Positions 29,498 through 39,447 of a stretch of DNA of 62,293 nt are shown piece by piece. Every line of letters begins with the position of its first letter. Position 1 is the stretch's first letter. Under the pieces are notes generated by a model. The model ran no database searches and was not told where the DNA came from. It was given only the letters and a program-made list of their open reading frames with translations. Source of the stretch: Dehalococcoidia bacterium (GTDB taxonomy: Bacteria > Chloroflexota > Dehalococcoidia > GIF9 > UBA5629); assembly GCA_016930155.1 (NCBI GenBank), contig JAFGHL010000074.1:1-62293 (forward strand), given 5' to 3'. The position numbers and the translations under genes were made by a program.

Positions 29498-30673
29498 TTA
29501 CCAGCTGCGCCTGAGTATCATATTGCAGATCGTGCCGCCGTCCCCTCCCAGCGTGTCGGTCATTCCAACCTTAACTCCCTCCACCTGGCGTTCTCCGCAC
29601 TCGCCGCGAAGCTGCCTGACAACCTCGAAGGCCTGAGCAGCGCCCGTAGCGCCCACAGGATGTCCCTTGGCCTTGAGCCCGCCTGAGGGGTTGAGCGCTA
29701 TCTTGCCCCCGATTTTGGTTTCGCCCTTTTCCACCGCCTGCCCGGCCGTGCCGTAAGGGAAGAAGCCCAATCCCTCCAGGGCGATCAGCGCGGCGATGCT
29801 GAAGCAGTCGTGCAGTTCGACCACTCCGATATCCTTCGGTCCCAGGCCGGACATTTTATACGATTGCTCCGCCGCAAGCTCACGCGACCTTATGCGCGGC
29901 AGAAACTCTTTCTGGCTGAGCAGGCTGCCAGCGGACGCCTGCCCCACCCCGGCTATCAGCACCGGCTTTTTAGTAAGCTTCCTGGCCGCCTCCTCCGAGG
30001 CTATTATTACGGCGGCCGCCCCGTCCGTGAAGGGGCAGCAGTCGGACAGCTGCAGGGGCGAGGCTATCACGGGACTTTTCCTGGCATCCTCCAGCGTCAG
30101 CTCTTTCTGAAACTGGGCCCTGGGATTGCGCGCCCCGTAGTAGTGGGCGTTAATGGATACCTGGTAGAGCTGGCTTTTAAGGGTCTCCAGCGGTATGTTG
30201 TATCTCCTGGAGTAGAGGTGTGCGAGCATGGCGAAGACGCCGGGGAAGGTCACCCCGGCGGCGTATTCATAGCGGCTGTCGCTGGACATGGCGAAGGTGC
30301 GCGTGGCCAGCGGCGTGCCCATCTTGGTGGCGCATTCCGCTCCACCGGCCAGGACGATATCGTACTGCCCCGAGGCCACCCAGATGAAGGCGTCGCGGAT
30401 GGCGGCCGAGGCCGAGGCGCAGGCGTTCTCGTACCTGTTGGCCGGTATGCCGGCCAGGCCCAGGTAATCGGCCGTGAAGGCCTGAAGTTGGGCCTGTCCC
30501 TCCTCGAAGTCACCGAGGTAATTGCCCATGAAAAGGGCCTGCACCTGTTTGGATTTAATGCCGCATTCGTTGATGGCATCCGAGGCGGCGTCACCGAAAA
30601 GCTCTATGGCCGTCCTCGGCTGCTTGCCCGTGAATCTGGTCATGCCGGCGCCGGCGATCACCACTTTGCGCAT
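29498..30673 (-). CDS. Thiolase domain protein (SCP-x type)
   Basis: ENACAS, DCCPFTDGAAA, ELHDCF, GHPVGATG. Confidence 0.9.
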   Translation of the reverse strand: MRKVVIAGAGMTRFTGKQPRTAIELFGDAASDAINECGIKSKQVQALFMGNYLGDFEEGQAQLQAFTADYLGLAGIPANRYENACASASAAIRDAFIWVASGQYDIVLAGGAECATKMGTPLATRTFAMSSDSRYEYAAGVTFPGVFAMLAHLYSRRYNIPLETLKSQLYQVSINAHYYGARNPRAQFQKELTLEDARKSPVIASPLQLSDCCPFTDGAAAVIIASEEAARKLTKKPVLIAGVGQASAGSLLSQKEFLPRIRSRELAAEQSYKMSGLGPKDIGVVELHDCFSIAALIALEGLGFFPYGTAGQAVEKGETKIGGKIALNPSGGLKAKGHPVGATGAAQAFEVVRQLRGECGERQVEGVKVGMTDTLGGDGGTICNMILRRSW

Positions 30674-30719
30674 GTGAAACCTCCTGGTTATTGATGCCCG
30701 GCCCGGCCGGGAAAACAGT

Positions 30720-31664
30720 CTATTGTAACGCTTCAGATAGGGCGGCCGCCATCTCGCCGATGGCCTGCCCCGCCTGCGGCAGCAGTCCGGTAAAGGACAG
30801 GAATCCGTGTATCATACCATTGTACCTGTGCAAACGACAGGGTATGCCCGCATCAAACAGTCTGGCCGCATAGGCTTCGCCCTCGCTCATCAGCGGGTCG
30901 AACTGGGCGGTTATCACCAGTGCAGGCGGCAATCCGGTGACATCGCCGGCCAGCAGCGGGGAGACGTAAGGGTCAAATACATCGCCGGATTTATTAATAT
31001 AGAGGGGGATGACCTGTTCGATGATTTTCGTGGTCAGGTAGTAGCCTTTTTCGTTCAGCCGGTAGGATTTCCTGTCCTGGTTCGATGCGTCCAGCGCCGG
31101 GTAGGCCAGCGCCTGGAAGCGTATCGGCGGTCCGCCGCGGTCTCGGGTCACCAGGCATACTGCGGCGGCCAGGTTTCCCCCGGCGCTGTCACCTGCCACG
31201 GCCAGGCGGCAGGGATCCCCGCCGAAGGAGGCTGCCTCTGTGTGAGCCCACTGCAGGGCGGCATATACGTCCTCCAGCCCTGCCGGGAATTTGTTCTCGG
31301 GCGCCAGCCTGTAACCCACCGAGACCACGATAGCCCCGGAGCGGTTGGCCAGCTTGCGGCAGACATTGTCGTGTGTTGCGATGCTGCCCACTACCCAGCC
31401 ACCGCCGTGGATATAGAGTATCAGCGGGAGACCGGCACGGTCCGACGGCCGGTAAATTCTGACAGGCAGTCCATCATGCACGCCTGTATCGATTACCCTG
31501 TATATTTTTTCACTGCGCCCCGCGACCAGGCGGCTGTCCCGCTCCACTATGCGGCGGTTGGCATCAGGAGAGATATTCAGATTGTAGAATTCCTTGTGGA
31601 TCAGCCGCATCCCGGCCAGCATCACGGCGATGCGGGTATTCAGCCTTCTACTTTTTTCACTCAT
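30720..31664 (-). CDS. Esterase/lipase, hormone-sensitive lipase family
   Basis: HGGGW, YRLAPE, GDSAGG, DPL, HGF; RBS before ATG 31664. Confidence 0.9.
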   Translation of the reverse strand: MSEKSRRLNTRIAVMLAGMRLIHKEFYNLNISPDANRRIVERDSRLVAGRSEKIYRVIDTGVHDGLPVRIYRPSDRAGLPLILYIHGGGWVVGSIATHDNVCRKLANRSGAIVVSVGYRLAPENKFPAGLEDVYAALQWAHTEAASFGGDPCRLAVAGDSAGGNLAAAVCLVTRDRGGPPIRFQALAYPALDASNQDRKSYRLNEKGYYLTTKIIEQVIPLYINKSGDVFDPYVSPLLAGDVTGLPPALVITAQFDPLMSEGEAYAARLFDAGIPCRLHRYNGMIHGFLSFTGLLPQAGQAIGEMAAALSEALQ

Positions 31665-31792
31665 GTCAGGACCTCCGGAGGACACAGAAGTGTATACGTT
31701 AGCCTGCAATGTGCTACTATTATAGTATATGGTTACAATCACCCGCACTCTACTGACCCGGCGCCGCAAATAAATTTCCGCAGGAGCTTCTT

Positions 31793-33631
31793 TTGTCCCC
31801 GAAATTCCGTGAAGATATCAGAAATATAGCTATTATTGCGCATGTCGACCACGGCAAGACCAGCCTGGTGGACGCCCTGCTCAAACAGAGCAAGGTATTC
31901 CGCGAGAACCAGCAGGTGGGCGAGCTGATTATGGACCGCAATGCCCTCGAGCGCGAGAAGGGCATCACCATACTGGCTAAAAATACGGCGGTGATGTACC
32001 GGGGCGTCAAGATCAATATCATCGACACTCCCGGCCATGCCGATTTCAGCGGCGAGGTGGAGCGAGTGGTTAACATGGCGGACGGCTGCCTTCTTCTGGT
32101 TGATTCCGTAGAGGGACCTATGCCGCAGACCCGTTTCGTATTGAAACAGGCGTTTGAGAAAGGTCTCAAACCCATCGTGGTTATCAACAAGATAGACCGC
32201 GAGAACGCGCGCATAGCCGAGGTGGTCAGCCTGACACAGGACCTGTTCCTGGAAATAGCCACCGACGCCGGCCAGCTCGATTTCCCGGTTTTATACGCAA
32301 GCGCTCGCAACGGGACGTGCACGGCTGATCCGGCAGTGGATGGCACCGATATGGCGCCGCTTTTCGAGGCCATACTCAAGCAGGTACCCCCGCCGGCCAT
32401 CGACGACGGCCCCTTCCGGATGCTCGTGTCCAACCTGGACTATGACAGCTACAAGGGTCGCTACGCCATCGGTCGCGTGCTGAGGGGCAGCGTCCGGCCG
32501 AAGGATGGGCTGGCGGTCATCGGCGCCGACGGCGATCCGCGCAAATACGAAATAGATGATGTTTTCACCTTCATGGGGCTTACTCGCCTGCCGGTCGAGG
32601 AGGCCTCCGCCGGGGAGATAATCTCCATTACCGGCCTCGGTGAGGTCAGCATCGGCGATACCGTGGCCGACCCGGAGCACCCCGAAGCGCTGCCACGCAT
32701 CGAGATCGGCGAGCCGACGGTAAAGATGACCTTCGGCGTCAACGGCTCCCCCTTCGCCGGTCGCGAGGGCAAGTACTGCACCTCCAGGCAGTTGCGCGAA
32801 CGTCTCTACCGCGAGCTGGAAGTCAATATCAGCCTGCGCGTGGAGGATACCGACAGCCCCGACCTCTTCCTGGTATCGGGCAGGGGCGAGCTCCATCTGG
32901 CCATACTGGTGGAGACCATGCGCCGCCAGGATTACGAGTTTGAGATATCGCGTCCCGAGGCCATCACACGTGAGATCGGAGGCAAGCTGCACGAGCCGAT
33001 TGAACAGCTTACACTGGATACACGCGAGGATTATATCGGCGTGCTCACCGAGATGCTCAGCAAACGGTTGGGCAGGATGACCAATATGCACAACGACGGG
33101 CGCGGCAACCTGCGCATGGAGTACCGCATTCCTACTCGCGGCCTGATCGGCTTCCGCAGCGCCTACCTTACGGCCACCCGAGGCGAAGGGGTGATGAACA
33201 CGCTTTTCCTGGGCTACGAGCCATATGCAGGGGAGATATCCTCCACACGTAGCGGCGCGCTGGTGGCGGCCGAGGAAGGGGTGTCGGTGACCTACGGCCT
33301 GAACAACGCCCAGGAGCGCGGTATCACATTTATCGATCCCGGCACACCGGTTTACGAAGGTATGATTGTGGGCATGAACTCCCGCCCCACCGACCTGGCC
33401 GTCAACGTATGCAAGGAGAAGAAGCAGACCAATATTCGCGCCTCCACGGCCGATATTGCCGTAAGGCTGACGCCTCCGCTTAAAATGAGCCTGGAGGAGT
33501 CGATGGACTTCATCAACGCCGACGAGCTGGTGGAGGTCACTCCCAAGAATATACGCCTGCGCAAGCGGCTGCTGACCATGAACGAACGTTTCAGGGCCAG
33601 GAAGGCCTCCGAAAGAGCTGCGCAGGAATAG
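31793..33631 (+). CDS. typA: Translational GTPase TypA/BipA
   Basis: RNIAIIAHVDHGKT, DTPGHADF, NKID, GRGELHL, EVTPKNIRLRK. Confidence 0.97.
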   Translation: MSPKFREDIRNIAIIAHVDHGKTSLVDALLKQSKVFRENQQVGELIMDRNALEREKGITILAKNTAVMYRGVKINIIDTPGHADFSGEVERVVNMADGCLLLVDSVEGPMPQTRFVLKQAFEKGLKPIVVINKIDRENARIAEVVSLTQDLFLEIATDAGQLDFPVLYASARNGTCTADPAVDGTDMAPLFEAILKQVPPPAIDDGPFRMLVSNLDYDSYKGRYAIGRVLRGSVRPKDGLAVIGADGDPRKYEIDDVFTFMGLTRLPVEEASAGEIISITGLGEVSIGDTVADPEHPEALPRIEIGEPTVKMTFGVNGSPFAGREGKYCTSRQLRERLYRELEVNISLRVEDTDSPDLFLVSGRGELHLAILVETMRRQDYEFEISRPEAITREIGGKLHEPIEQLTLDTREDYIGVLTEMLSKRLGRMTNMHNDGRGNLRMEYRIPTRGLIGFRSAYLTATRGEGVMNTLFLGYEPYAGEISSTRSGALVAAEEGVSVTYGLNNAQERGITFIDPGTPVYEGMIVGMNSRPTDLAVNVCKEKKQTNIRASTADIAVRLTPPLKMSLEESMDFINADELVEVTPKNIRLRKRLLTMNERFRARKASERAAQE

Positions 33632-33633
33632 TT

Positions 33634-33669
33634 GTAGATAACGGGCGCACCTGAAGGTACGCCCCAACA
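33634..33669. repeat. Degenerate REP-like half element
   Basis: GTAG...CGGGCGCACCTGAAGGTACGCCCCAACA; 18 bp (33642-33659) identical to 34707-34724. Confidence 0.65.
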
Positions 33670-33684
33670 GGGAGGTATGTTTAG

Positions 33685-34656
33685 ATGAGGACAATGTATG
33701 TAGTACTCTGCGCAATCCTTTTGGCATGTGCTTTCCCGGCATGCGGCGCTCAACAGGAGCAGGCCGCGCCCGCAATGAGGACACGTGCCGAGGCCCTACC
33801 CGCCGGTGCGGTAAAAGTATCACAGTCCACCGATGCCCATCCGCCTATCCTGCACTCCGATGAGTTCGATCAGCCGGCGCCGCTGGCCGGCGCCGTCAAT
33901 ACGGCCGGCGCCGAAGACTCTGCTTTCATCCTGCCTGACGGGAGAACGATTTATTTCTTTTTCACACCGGACGTGGGAATACCGCCGGAGAAGCAGCTGC
34001 TGGACGGCGTGACGGGCATCTGGGTTTCGCGAAAGGGTGCCGGCGCCTGGCAGCAGGCCGAGCGTGTCGTGCTGCAGGATAGTAACCAGCTTGCCCTTGA
34101 TGGGGCGGCATTTGTGCAGGGCGATAAAATGTGGTTTGCTTCCGCGCGCCAGGGGAATTTGCGAGGGGTGGATATGTGGACGGCGACGCTCAAAGATGGT
34201 AGATGGAGCGGCTTTACCAATGCGGGCGAGAAATTAAACCTGGAATATGAGATCGGTGAGATGCATATTACGGCTGACGGCAAAACCATGTATTTCCATT
34301 CACCCCGTGCAGGAGGCCAGGGCGGCTATGATATCTGGCTCACCTCACTAAAAGACGGCCGGTGGCAGCAGCCGGTCAACGTGACGGAGGTGAATTCGGG
34401 TGAAACCGACGGATGGCCTTTTCTGACACAGGATGGGAACGAGCTGTGGTTTACGCGCACGTACATGGGCACACCCGCCGTCTACCGGGCGAAAAAAACC
34501 GATGGGCAGTGGGGCCAGCCGGAACTGATCGTCTCACAGTTCGCGGGTGAACCGTCGCTTGATAATGACGGCAACCTCTATATCACCCACCACTTTTTCA
34601 AGGACAATAAAATGATCGAGGCTGATATCTATATGGCGCCGCGTAAAACTCGGTAG
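33685..34656 (+). CDS. Exported PD40/TolB-like beta-propeller protein, probable lipoprotein
   Basis: Signal peptide with Cys; repeats such as PDGRTIYF, ADGKTMYFHSPRAGGQGGYDIW, VNS..TDGWP. Confidence 0.72.
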   Translation: MRTMYVVLCAILLACAFPACGAQQEQAAPAMRTRAEALPAGAVKVSQSTDAHPPILHSDEFDQPAPLAGAVNTAGAEDSAFILPDGRTIYFFFTPDVGIPPEKQLLDGVTGIWVSRKGAGAWQQAERVVLQDSNQLALDGAAFVQGDKMWFASARQGNLRGVDMWTATLKDGRWSGFTNAGEKLNLEYEIGEMHITADGKTMYFHSPRAGGQGGYDIWLTSLKDGRWQQPVNVTEVNSGETDGWPFLTQDGNELWFTRTYMGTPAVYRAKKTDGQWGQPELIVSQFAGEPSLDNDGNLYITHHFFKDNKMIEADIYMAPRKTR

Positions 34657-34675
34657 CTCAGCTGTATTTTGACCT

Positions 34676-34733
34676 GTAGGGGCGGGTTTTCAAACCCTCC
34701 CGATTGCGGGCGCACCTGAAGGTAAGTTCCTAC
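34676..34733. repeat. GTAG-type REP-like element
   Basis: GTAGGGGCGGGTTTTCAAACCCTCCC...GGGCGCACCTGAAGGTAAGTTCCTAC. Confidence 0.8.
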
Positions 34734-34756
34734 ACGTACCTATTCGTTGTATTGGA

Positions 34757-35542
34757 TCAGTCCCACCATTCGGGGAACATGGCCAGTTTCTGGGCCGAAT
34801 CGTGGCCGAAGATGACCTTTGCCTCGTACAGGCCGGCTATGCGCCTGATTTTCTCGACGCTTTTTACGTAATCATCCAGGTTGATGGCGGCGCCGGGCAG
34901 CTTGGCCGGCGGGCCGAAGCTCTCGGCGGTGTAAACCGCATCGCTGGCTATGATCAGGTCGCCGTTCTTTTTCGTCTCGATCCGGGCGCCCATCTCACCC
35001 GGGGCATGACCGGGCAGGAAGAGCAGGTGCACGCCGGGCAGCAGGTCATAGTCACCGTCGATGACCATCCAGTTCAGATCCGAGAACTGAAAATCGGTGC
35101 CGATGTAGCCCGCATAGGCCACGTCGGAGCGGTTGGTGTAAATCGTCGACATGGCGACCTGAGCCTCAGCTTTCTGCACCACAATTTTGGCTTTGGCGCC
35201 CCTGAAGGAGGACAGTCCCCCCGCATGATCGTAGTGAAGATGCGACATGATGACGTAATCGATATCCTGCGGCGTAACCCCCATCTTTTTCAGTTGATCA
35301 AGCATGAAGCTCGGCCTTACATACGGCATGAATTCGTTCAGAAGTCCCCAGGTCTGCTTGAAGTCGGGGCTGCAGCCGGTGTCGAACAGTATTTTGCTTC
35401 CCGTGTCGGTTTCGAGATAAAAACCGGGTATGGGGAAAACGAACTGCTCCGAGGGTTTGTCCGCGTAAAACAGGTTCGTGAATCCCTGCTCCTCGCCGTA
35501 ATCCAGACACGTGACCCTGCAGTATGGTGATGCTTTGCCCAT
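34757..35542 (-). CDS. N-acyl homoserine lactonase family metallo-beta-lactamase fold hydrolase
   Basis: FDTG, SHLHYDHAGG, PGHAPG, SDA, FGHD. Confidence 0.87.
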   Translation of the reverse strand: MGKASPYCRVTCLDYGEEQGFTNLFYADKPSEQFVFPIPGFYLETDTGSKILFDTGCSPDFKQTWGLLNEFMPYVRPSFMLDQLKKMGVTPQDIDYVIMSHLHYDHAGGLSSFRGAKAKIVVQKAEAQVAMSTIYTNRSDVAYAGYIGTDFQFSDLNWMVIDGDYDLLPGVHLLFLPGHAPGEMGARIETKKNGDLIIASDAVYTAESFGPPAKLPGAAINLDDYVKSVEKIRRIAGLYEAKVIFGHDSAQKLAMFPEWWD

Positions 35543-35553
35543 CCTGTACCTCC

Positions 35554-35955
35554 TCAGTTCCTGAAACGTTCTTCAATATAATTGATGATGTCTCTGGTCG
35601 ATGTGCCGGGGCCGAAGACCGCCTGCACCCCGATTCTCTTGAGCTTCGGTATGTCCTCATCCGGTATGATGCCCCCGCAGATAAAGAGGCTATTTTTTTT
35701 ACCTTTTTCAGCCAGTCCTTTGATAATCTCCGGAAACAGCTCCATATGCGCTCCGGAGAGGGAGCTCAGCCCCACGACGTCGACGTCCTCCTGAATGGCG
35801 GTGGTGACGATCATCCCCGGTGTCTGGCGTATGCCGGTATAGATCACCTCCATGCCGGCGTCCCTCAGCGCCCTTGCCACCACTTTGGCGCCGCGGTCAT
35901 GGCCGTCCAGACCCAGCTTGGCCACCAGTACACGTATCTTCTTGTCCTTCTCCAT
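35554..35955 (-). CDS. Acyl-CoA mutase small subunit (cobalamin-binding domain)
   Basis: [10 protein letters not shown] (DxHxxG), [14 protein letters not shown]. Confidence 0.93.
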   Translation of the reverse strand: MEKDKKIRVLVAKLGLDGHDRGAKVVARALRDAGMEVIYTGIRQTPGMIVTTAIQEDVDVVGLSSLSGAHMELFPEIIKGLAEKGKKNSLFICGGIIPDEDIPKLKRIGVQAVFGPGTSTRDIINYIEERFRN

Positions 35956-35963
35956 GATTCATC

Positions 35964-37322
35964 CTATTTCTTTATACAAAGTTTTACCAGGCCGGCGATA
36001 TTATCGAGCTTATCCAGGCTGGATATGGCGTTTTTAAGATCCGCGGCCTGTTTTTTCGACAGTGTGCGGGTGGCCTGCATCTCGAAATTGGCGATCACAC
36101 GCTCGTCGTTCATTACCTCCAGGTCTTCCATTTTCTCGTTAATAATTTTGCCGCCCTTGAGCGTTACGGTGATCTCGCATCCCTGTTTCTTGGGATAGGC
36201 GCCTGTGATGGCGTCGTCGACATCCACTGTGGCAAGGGCGGTCAGCTTATTGACGCGGGGATCCGAGTATTTCTCATAGTTAGATTGTACCAGCTCCTTG
36301 AAGATAAAGACTGCGGCTACCGAGTACTGCTGGCTCATCTTGGACTGAGCGATGTCTGTGAAGGGGCCCTGGTAATCGAGCCCGGGGAACATCTTGCCCA
36401 TGGGGAATGTTTTGATATTTATTTTCTCGATTGCCTGTGGATCGATATCATATTTGTTTACCATCCTGAGGGCCAGGGCGGCGGAGGGCTGGGTGTAGGC
36501 GCAGGCAGGGGCGGGTTTGCAGAACACCTTCATTATTTCAAACGATTTTCCCAGGCCTTCGGTGATTTTCTCACCCAGGGGCTGTTTACCGTAAGTGTTC
36601 CAGGCGCCTAAAAAGCCTTCCAGCACTTGCCGTGACGCTTTCGCCCCCTCTTTGCCCAGCAAAGCGGCCGAGATACCGTTGCGGCAGGCGAATCCGTTTT
36701 GATAGACGATCTCGTGAGTGCCCTCCATCGCCCATTGCATATTGCCGCAGGACAGCGTGCCCGCCAGTCCCAGGCCGTTGACCATCTGTTCCTCGTTCAG
36801 CTTATATAATTTAGCCGCTGTGATGCAGGCGCCGTAGGGACCGAACATACCGCTGGGGCGGAATTTCTTGGAGAAATCGGGCGAAAGCATACTCATGCCG
36901 ATGCGCCCGATGACGTCGTAGCCCAGCACGATGGCGGTAATAACGTCCTTTCCGTTGCTACCCAGCTCCTCGCCCACAGCGAACGCCGTCGGTATGATCA
37001 TCGAGCCGCAATGGCAGGACGAGTCCGCGTGCATGTCTTCCTGGCCCGTGCTCTGTCCGATCACCGAGTTCACCAGGGCCACCTCCCAGGGCGGCCCTTT
37101 GATGCCATCCACGAAAGTTGAAGCTTTGCCGCCCAGCTTCAGCTTCCTGAGGTAATTGGGGGCGGGTGCGATTAAATCCTGGTTGCGGCCGGCGAAAGTA
37201 CAGGCCAGCGCATGAAAAACAAGTATTTTCACCCTGTCAACCAGGTCTTTGGGAAGATCTTCGTACTTCAGCGAGGCAGCCAATTTCGCCAGGGACTCCG
37301 TTACCGTAACTGCATCACTCAT
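35964..37322 (-). CDS. MmgE/PrpD family protein
   Basis: A.VNS.....EDMH....H, AIVLGYDV..R, K..PAC.Y. Confidence 0.85.
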   Translation of the reverse strand: MSDAVTVTESLAKLAASLKYEDLPKDLVDRVKILVFHALACTFAGRNQDLIAPAPNYLRKLKLGGKASTFVDGIKGPPWEVALVNSVIGQSTGQEDMHADSSCHCGSMIIPTAFAVGEELGSNGKDVITAIVLGYDVIGRIGMSMLSPDFSKKFRPSGMFGPYGACITAAKLYKLNEEQMVNGLGLAGTLSCGNMQWAMEGTHEIVYQNGFACRNGISAALLGKEGAKASRQVLEGFLGAWNTYGKQPLGEKITEGLGKSFEIMKVFCKPAPACAYTQPSAALALRMVNKYDIDPQAIEKINIKTFPMGKMFPGLDYQGPFTDIAQSKMSQQYSVAAVFIFKELVQSNYEKYSDPRVNKLTALATVDVDDAITGAYPKKQGCEITVTLKGGKIINEKMEDLEVMNDERVIANFEMQATRTLSKKQAADLKNAISSLDKLDNIAGLVKLCIKK

Positions 37323-37370
37323 TACCCTGCTCCTTTAACAACGCAAGTTGCAAAATTCTTTATATTATTA

Positions 37371-37427
37371 TAATGTTATAATAATAATTTGTAAATAGCC
37401 CGCGCCCATATGATTGTTATAACAATT
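37371..37427. promoter_or_regulatory. Putative GntR operator sites in the divergent prpD-like/gntR intergenic region
   Basis: TAATGTTATA (37371-37380) and palindrome ATTGTTATAACAAT (37413-37426). Confidence 0.55.
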
Positions 37428-37489
37428 GTTCCGGCAATTCCTGTATAATGTTGTAGTAATGATATGATAATAGCAATTGAGGAAGCGGT

Positions 37490-38353
37490 ATGTTAACGAG
37501 AGAGAAAGGTGTACCACTGTATTATCAGCTTGATACCATACTGCGTAAAAAAATACTGTCGGGTGAGATAGCGGCCGGTGCTCCTTTCCCCACCGAGGAT
37601 CTTCTGGTTCAGCAATACAATATCAGCCGCATTACCGTGCGCCAGGCGCTGGCGTCGCTGGAAAAGGACCGGCTGATCATCAGGAAGCAGGGCAAGGGCA
37701 CCTTCGTGGCGGAAAAAATCGAGAGAGCCGAGTTGCCCAAGCTGTCGGGAACCGGGAACGACCTGGTCGACATCAGCTCCCATGACTCCAAGCGCATCAA
37801 GATCATAACCCGGGTCGTCGGGTTTTCCAGGCTGCTGGCCAACAAGACCATCACTGATTACCTGGGCATTCCCGAGGGTGAAGAGATCATCCGCATAGAG
37901 AGGGTCAGGCTGGCCAACGAGAAGCCGCTGTATCATCTGCTCAATTACCTTCCCCTGGATATAGGCGAAAAGCTGAATCACAAAGCGTTAAAGAACAAGA
38001 CGCTCACCCACCTGATGGAGACCGACCTGAAAATAGTTATCAAGAAGGCTGTTCAGACCATTGAAGCCGATATAGTCGACAGCCACATAGGCCCTATCCT
38101 GGATGCCCGGGAGGGGGATCCCTGCCTGATATTGAGAAGGGTGGTATATGAAAAGAGCGGCAGGGCCATCGAATATTTAGTTGCCACCTTCAGAGCCGAC
38201 CGGTACATGTACACCAATATGCTGCTGAGACATAAGAAGGGCAAGGGATACGAGTGGTTGAACACCGATTTCTCCCGGCACAAGCAGTACAGCCAATCGA
38301 GGCCCAGCGATCCCCTGATGAACGAGCACCTGCCATCCTTCATCCGCACCTGA
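37490..38353 (+). CDS. GntR family regulator, HutC/UTRA subfamily
   Basis: PLYYQL, PTE..L...YNISRITVRQAL, QGKGTFV; UTRA-type C-terminus (IERVRL, FRADRY). Confidence 0.92.
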   Translation: MLTREKGVPLYYQLDTILRKKILSGEIAAGAPFPTEDLLVQQYNISRITVRQALASLEKDRLIIRKQGKGTFVAEKIERAELPKLSGTGNDLVDISSHDSKRIKIITRVVGFSRLLANKTITDYLGIPEGEEIIRIERVRLANEKPLYHLLNYLPLDIGEKLNHKALKNKTLTHLMETDLKIVIKKAVQTIEADIVDSHIGPILDAREGDPCLILRRVVYEKSGRAIEYLVATFRADRYMYTNMLLRHKKGKGYEWLNTDFSRHKQYSQSRPSDPLMNEHLPSFIRT

Positions 38354-38428
38354 CGGACGTTTGAAGCGCCTCAACCTTCAATAGTGCCGCGCCCGCCCGG
38401 CCCTTCCATCTCCATACACACGAGATCA

Positions 38429-38485
38429 TTGACAAGTCCGCGCTGTTATTATATGATGATCTAAAGTAAATATGATATAACAATA
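38429..38485 (+). promoter_or_regulatory. Sigma70 promoter plus TATAACAATA site for SDR-TRAP operon
   Basis: TTGACA 38429-38434, 17 bp, TATGAT 38452-38457; motif at 38476-38485. Confidence 0.65.
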
Positions 38486-38596
38486 ATACAATAGAATATT
38501 ACTATCGTTTTGTTCGTGTGTTTGGGATTTCCTGATGCCTGATACCGATGAATTCTTATCGATTCAATTAATAGCATAAGGGAGGTAAAAAGGACT

Positions 38597-39400
38597 ATGG
38601 CGAGGTCAAACAAGGTGGCTGTTATCACCGGAGGAGGACGGGGCATAGGCAAGGGCATTGCCAGGATATTCACTCAAAACGGCATCGATGTGGTGATTGC
38701 CGGCAGGAACTTCGAGAAACTGGAAAAAACGGCGGCGGAGCTGAAATCACCCAAAGCGGAAATATTATGTGTTCAAACGGACGTATCGGTCCAAACGCAG
38801 GTGGAGCGCCTGTTTGATAAAACGATGGAGAAGTTCGGCAAGGTCGACATTCTGGTCAACAACGCGGGCATCGCCGAGCCGATGGCGCCCATCACGGATA
38901 TAGACATGAAGCTGGTGGACGACATCGTCGGCATCAATTTTAAAGGTGTTTACTACTGCGCCCGCAGGGCGGTCAAGGAGATGCTGGCCCGCAAAAGCGG
39001 CAACATTATCAATATCGGTTCAGTCGAGGGGCTGATCTCTCTGCCGGGTATAGCATACGGCCCCATGAAGGCCGCCGTGCACAGGTTCACCAAACTGCTG
39101 GCCAGCGAGCTGGCCGCCATTCCCATCAGGGTTAACTGCATCTGTCCGGGGCTGGTCCTTACGGAAATGATGGAAGAGCTTTCCGACCGCGACGTCGAGG
39201 TGTTTCTGGTGCATATCCCCATGCACAAGGCGCTGGTCCCCGATGATGTGGGTAAACTGGCCTATTTCCTGACATCCGATGATGCAAGATATATTACCGG
39301 CTCCATCATTGCGGCCGACTCGGGCATCACCGCTGCCACTACAGGATTTAATACCTCATTACAGGATGTCGAAAAATGGATGAAGGCTGCTGTCAGTTAA
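38597..39400 (+). CDS. SDR family oxidoreductase
   Basis: TGGGRGIG, NNAG, NIGS, YGPMK. Confidence 0.92.
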   Translation: MARSNKVAVITGGGRGIGKGIARIFTQNGIDVVIAGRNFEKLEKTAAELKSPKAEILCVQTDVSVQTQVERLFDKTMEKFGKVDILVNNAGIAEPMAPITDIDMKLVDDIVGINFKGVYYCARRAVKEMLARKSGNIINIGSVEGLISLPGIAYGPMKAAVHRFTKLLASELAAIPIRVNCICPGLVLTEMMEELSDRDVEVFLVHIPMHKALVPDDVGKLAYFLTSDDARYITGSIIAADSGITAATTGFNTSLQDVEKWMKAAVS

Positions 39401-39447
39401 TCATGCAAATGATATGAGGTTTTAAATTAAATGGGAGGTGCAAGTTA

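Noticed and set aside
32291-33823. Long antisense ORFs (510 aa here; also 865..1770, 13938..15011, 30807..31829, 52918..54105)
   Set aside because: Shadow frames of well-supported genes in GC-rich DNA; no motifs
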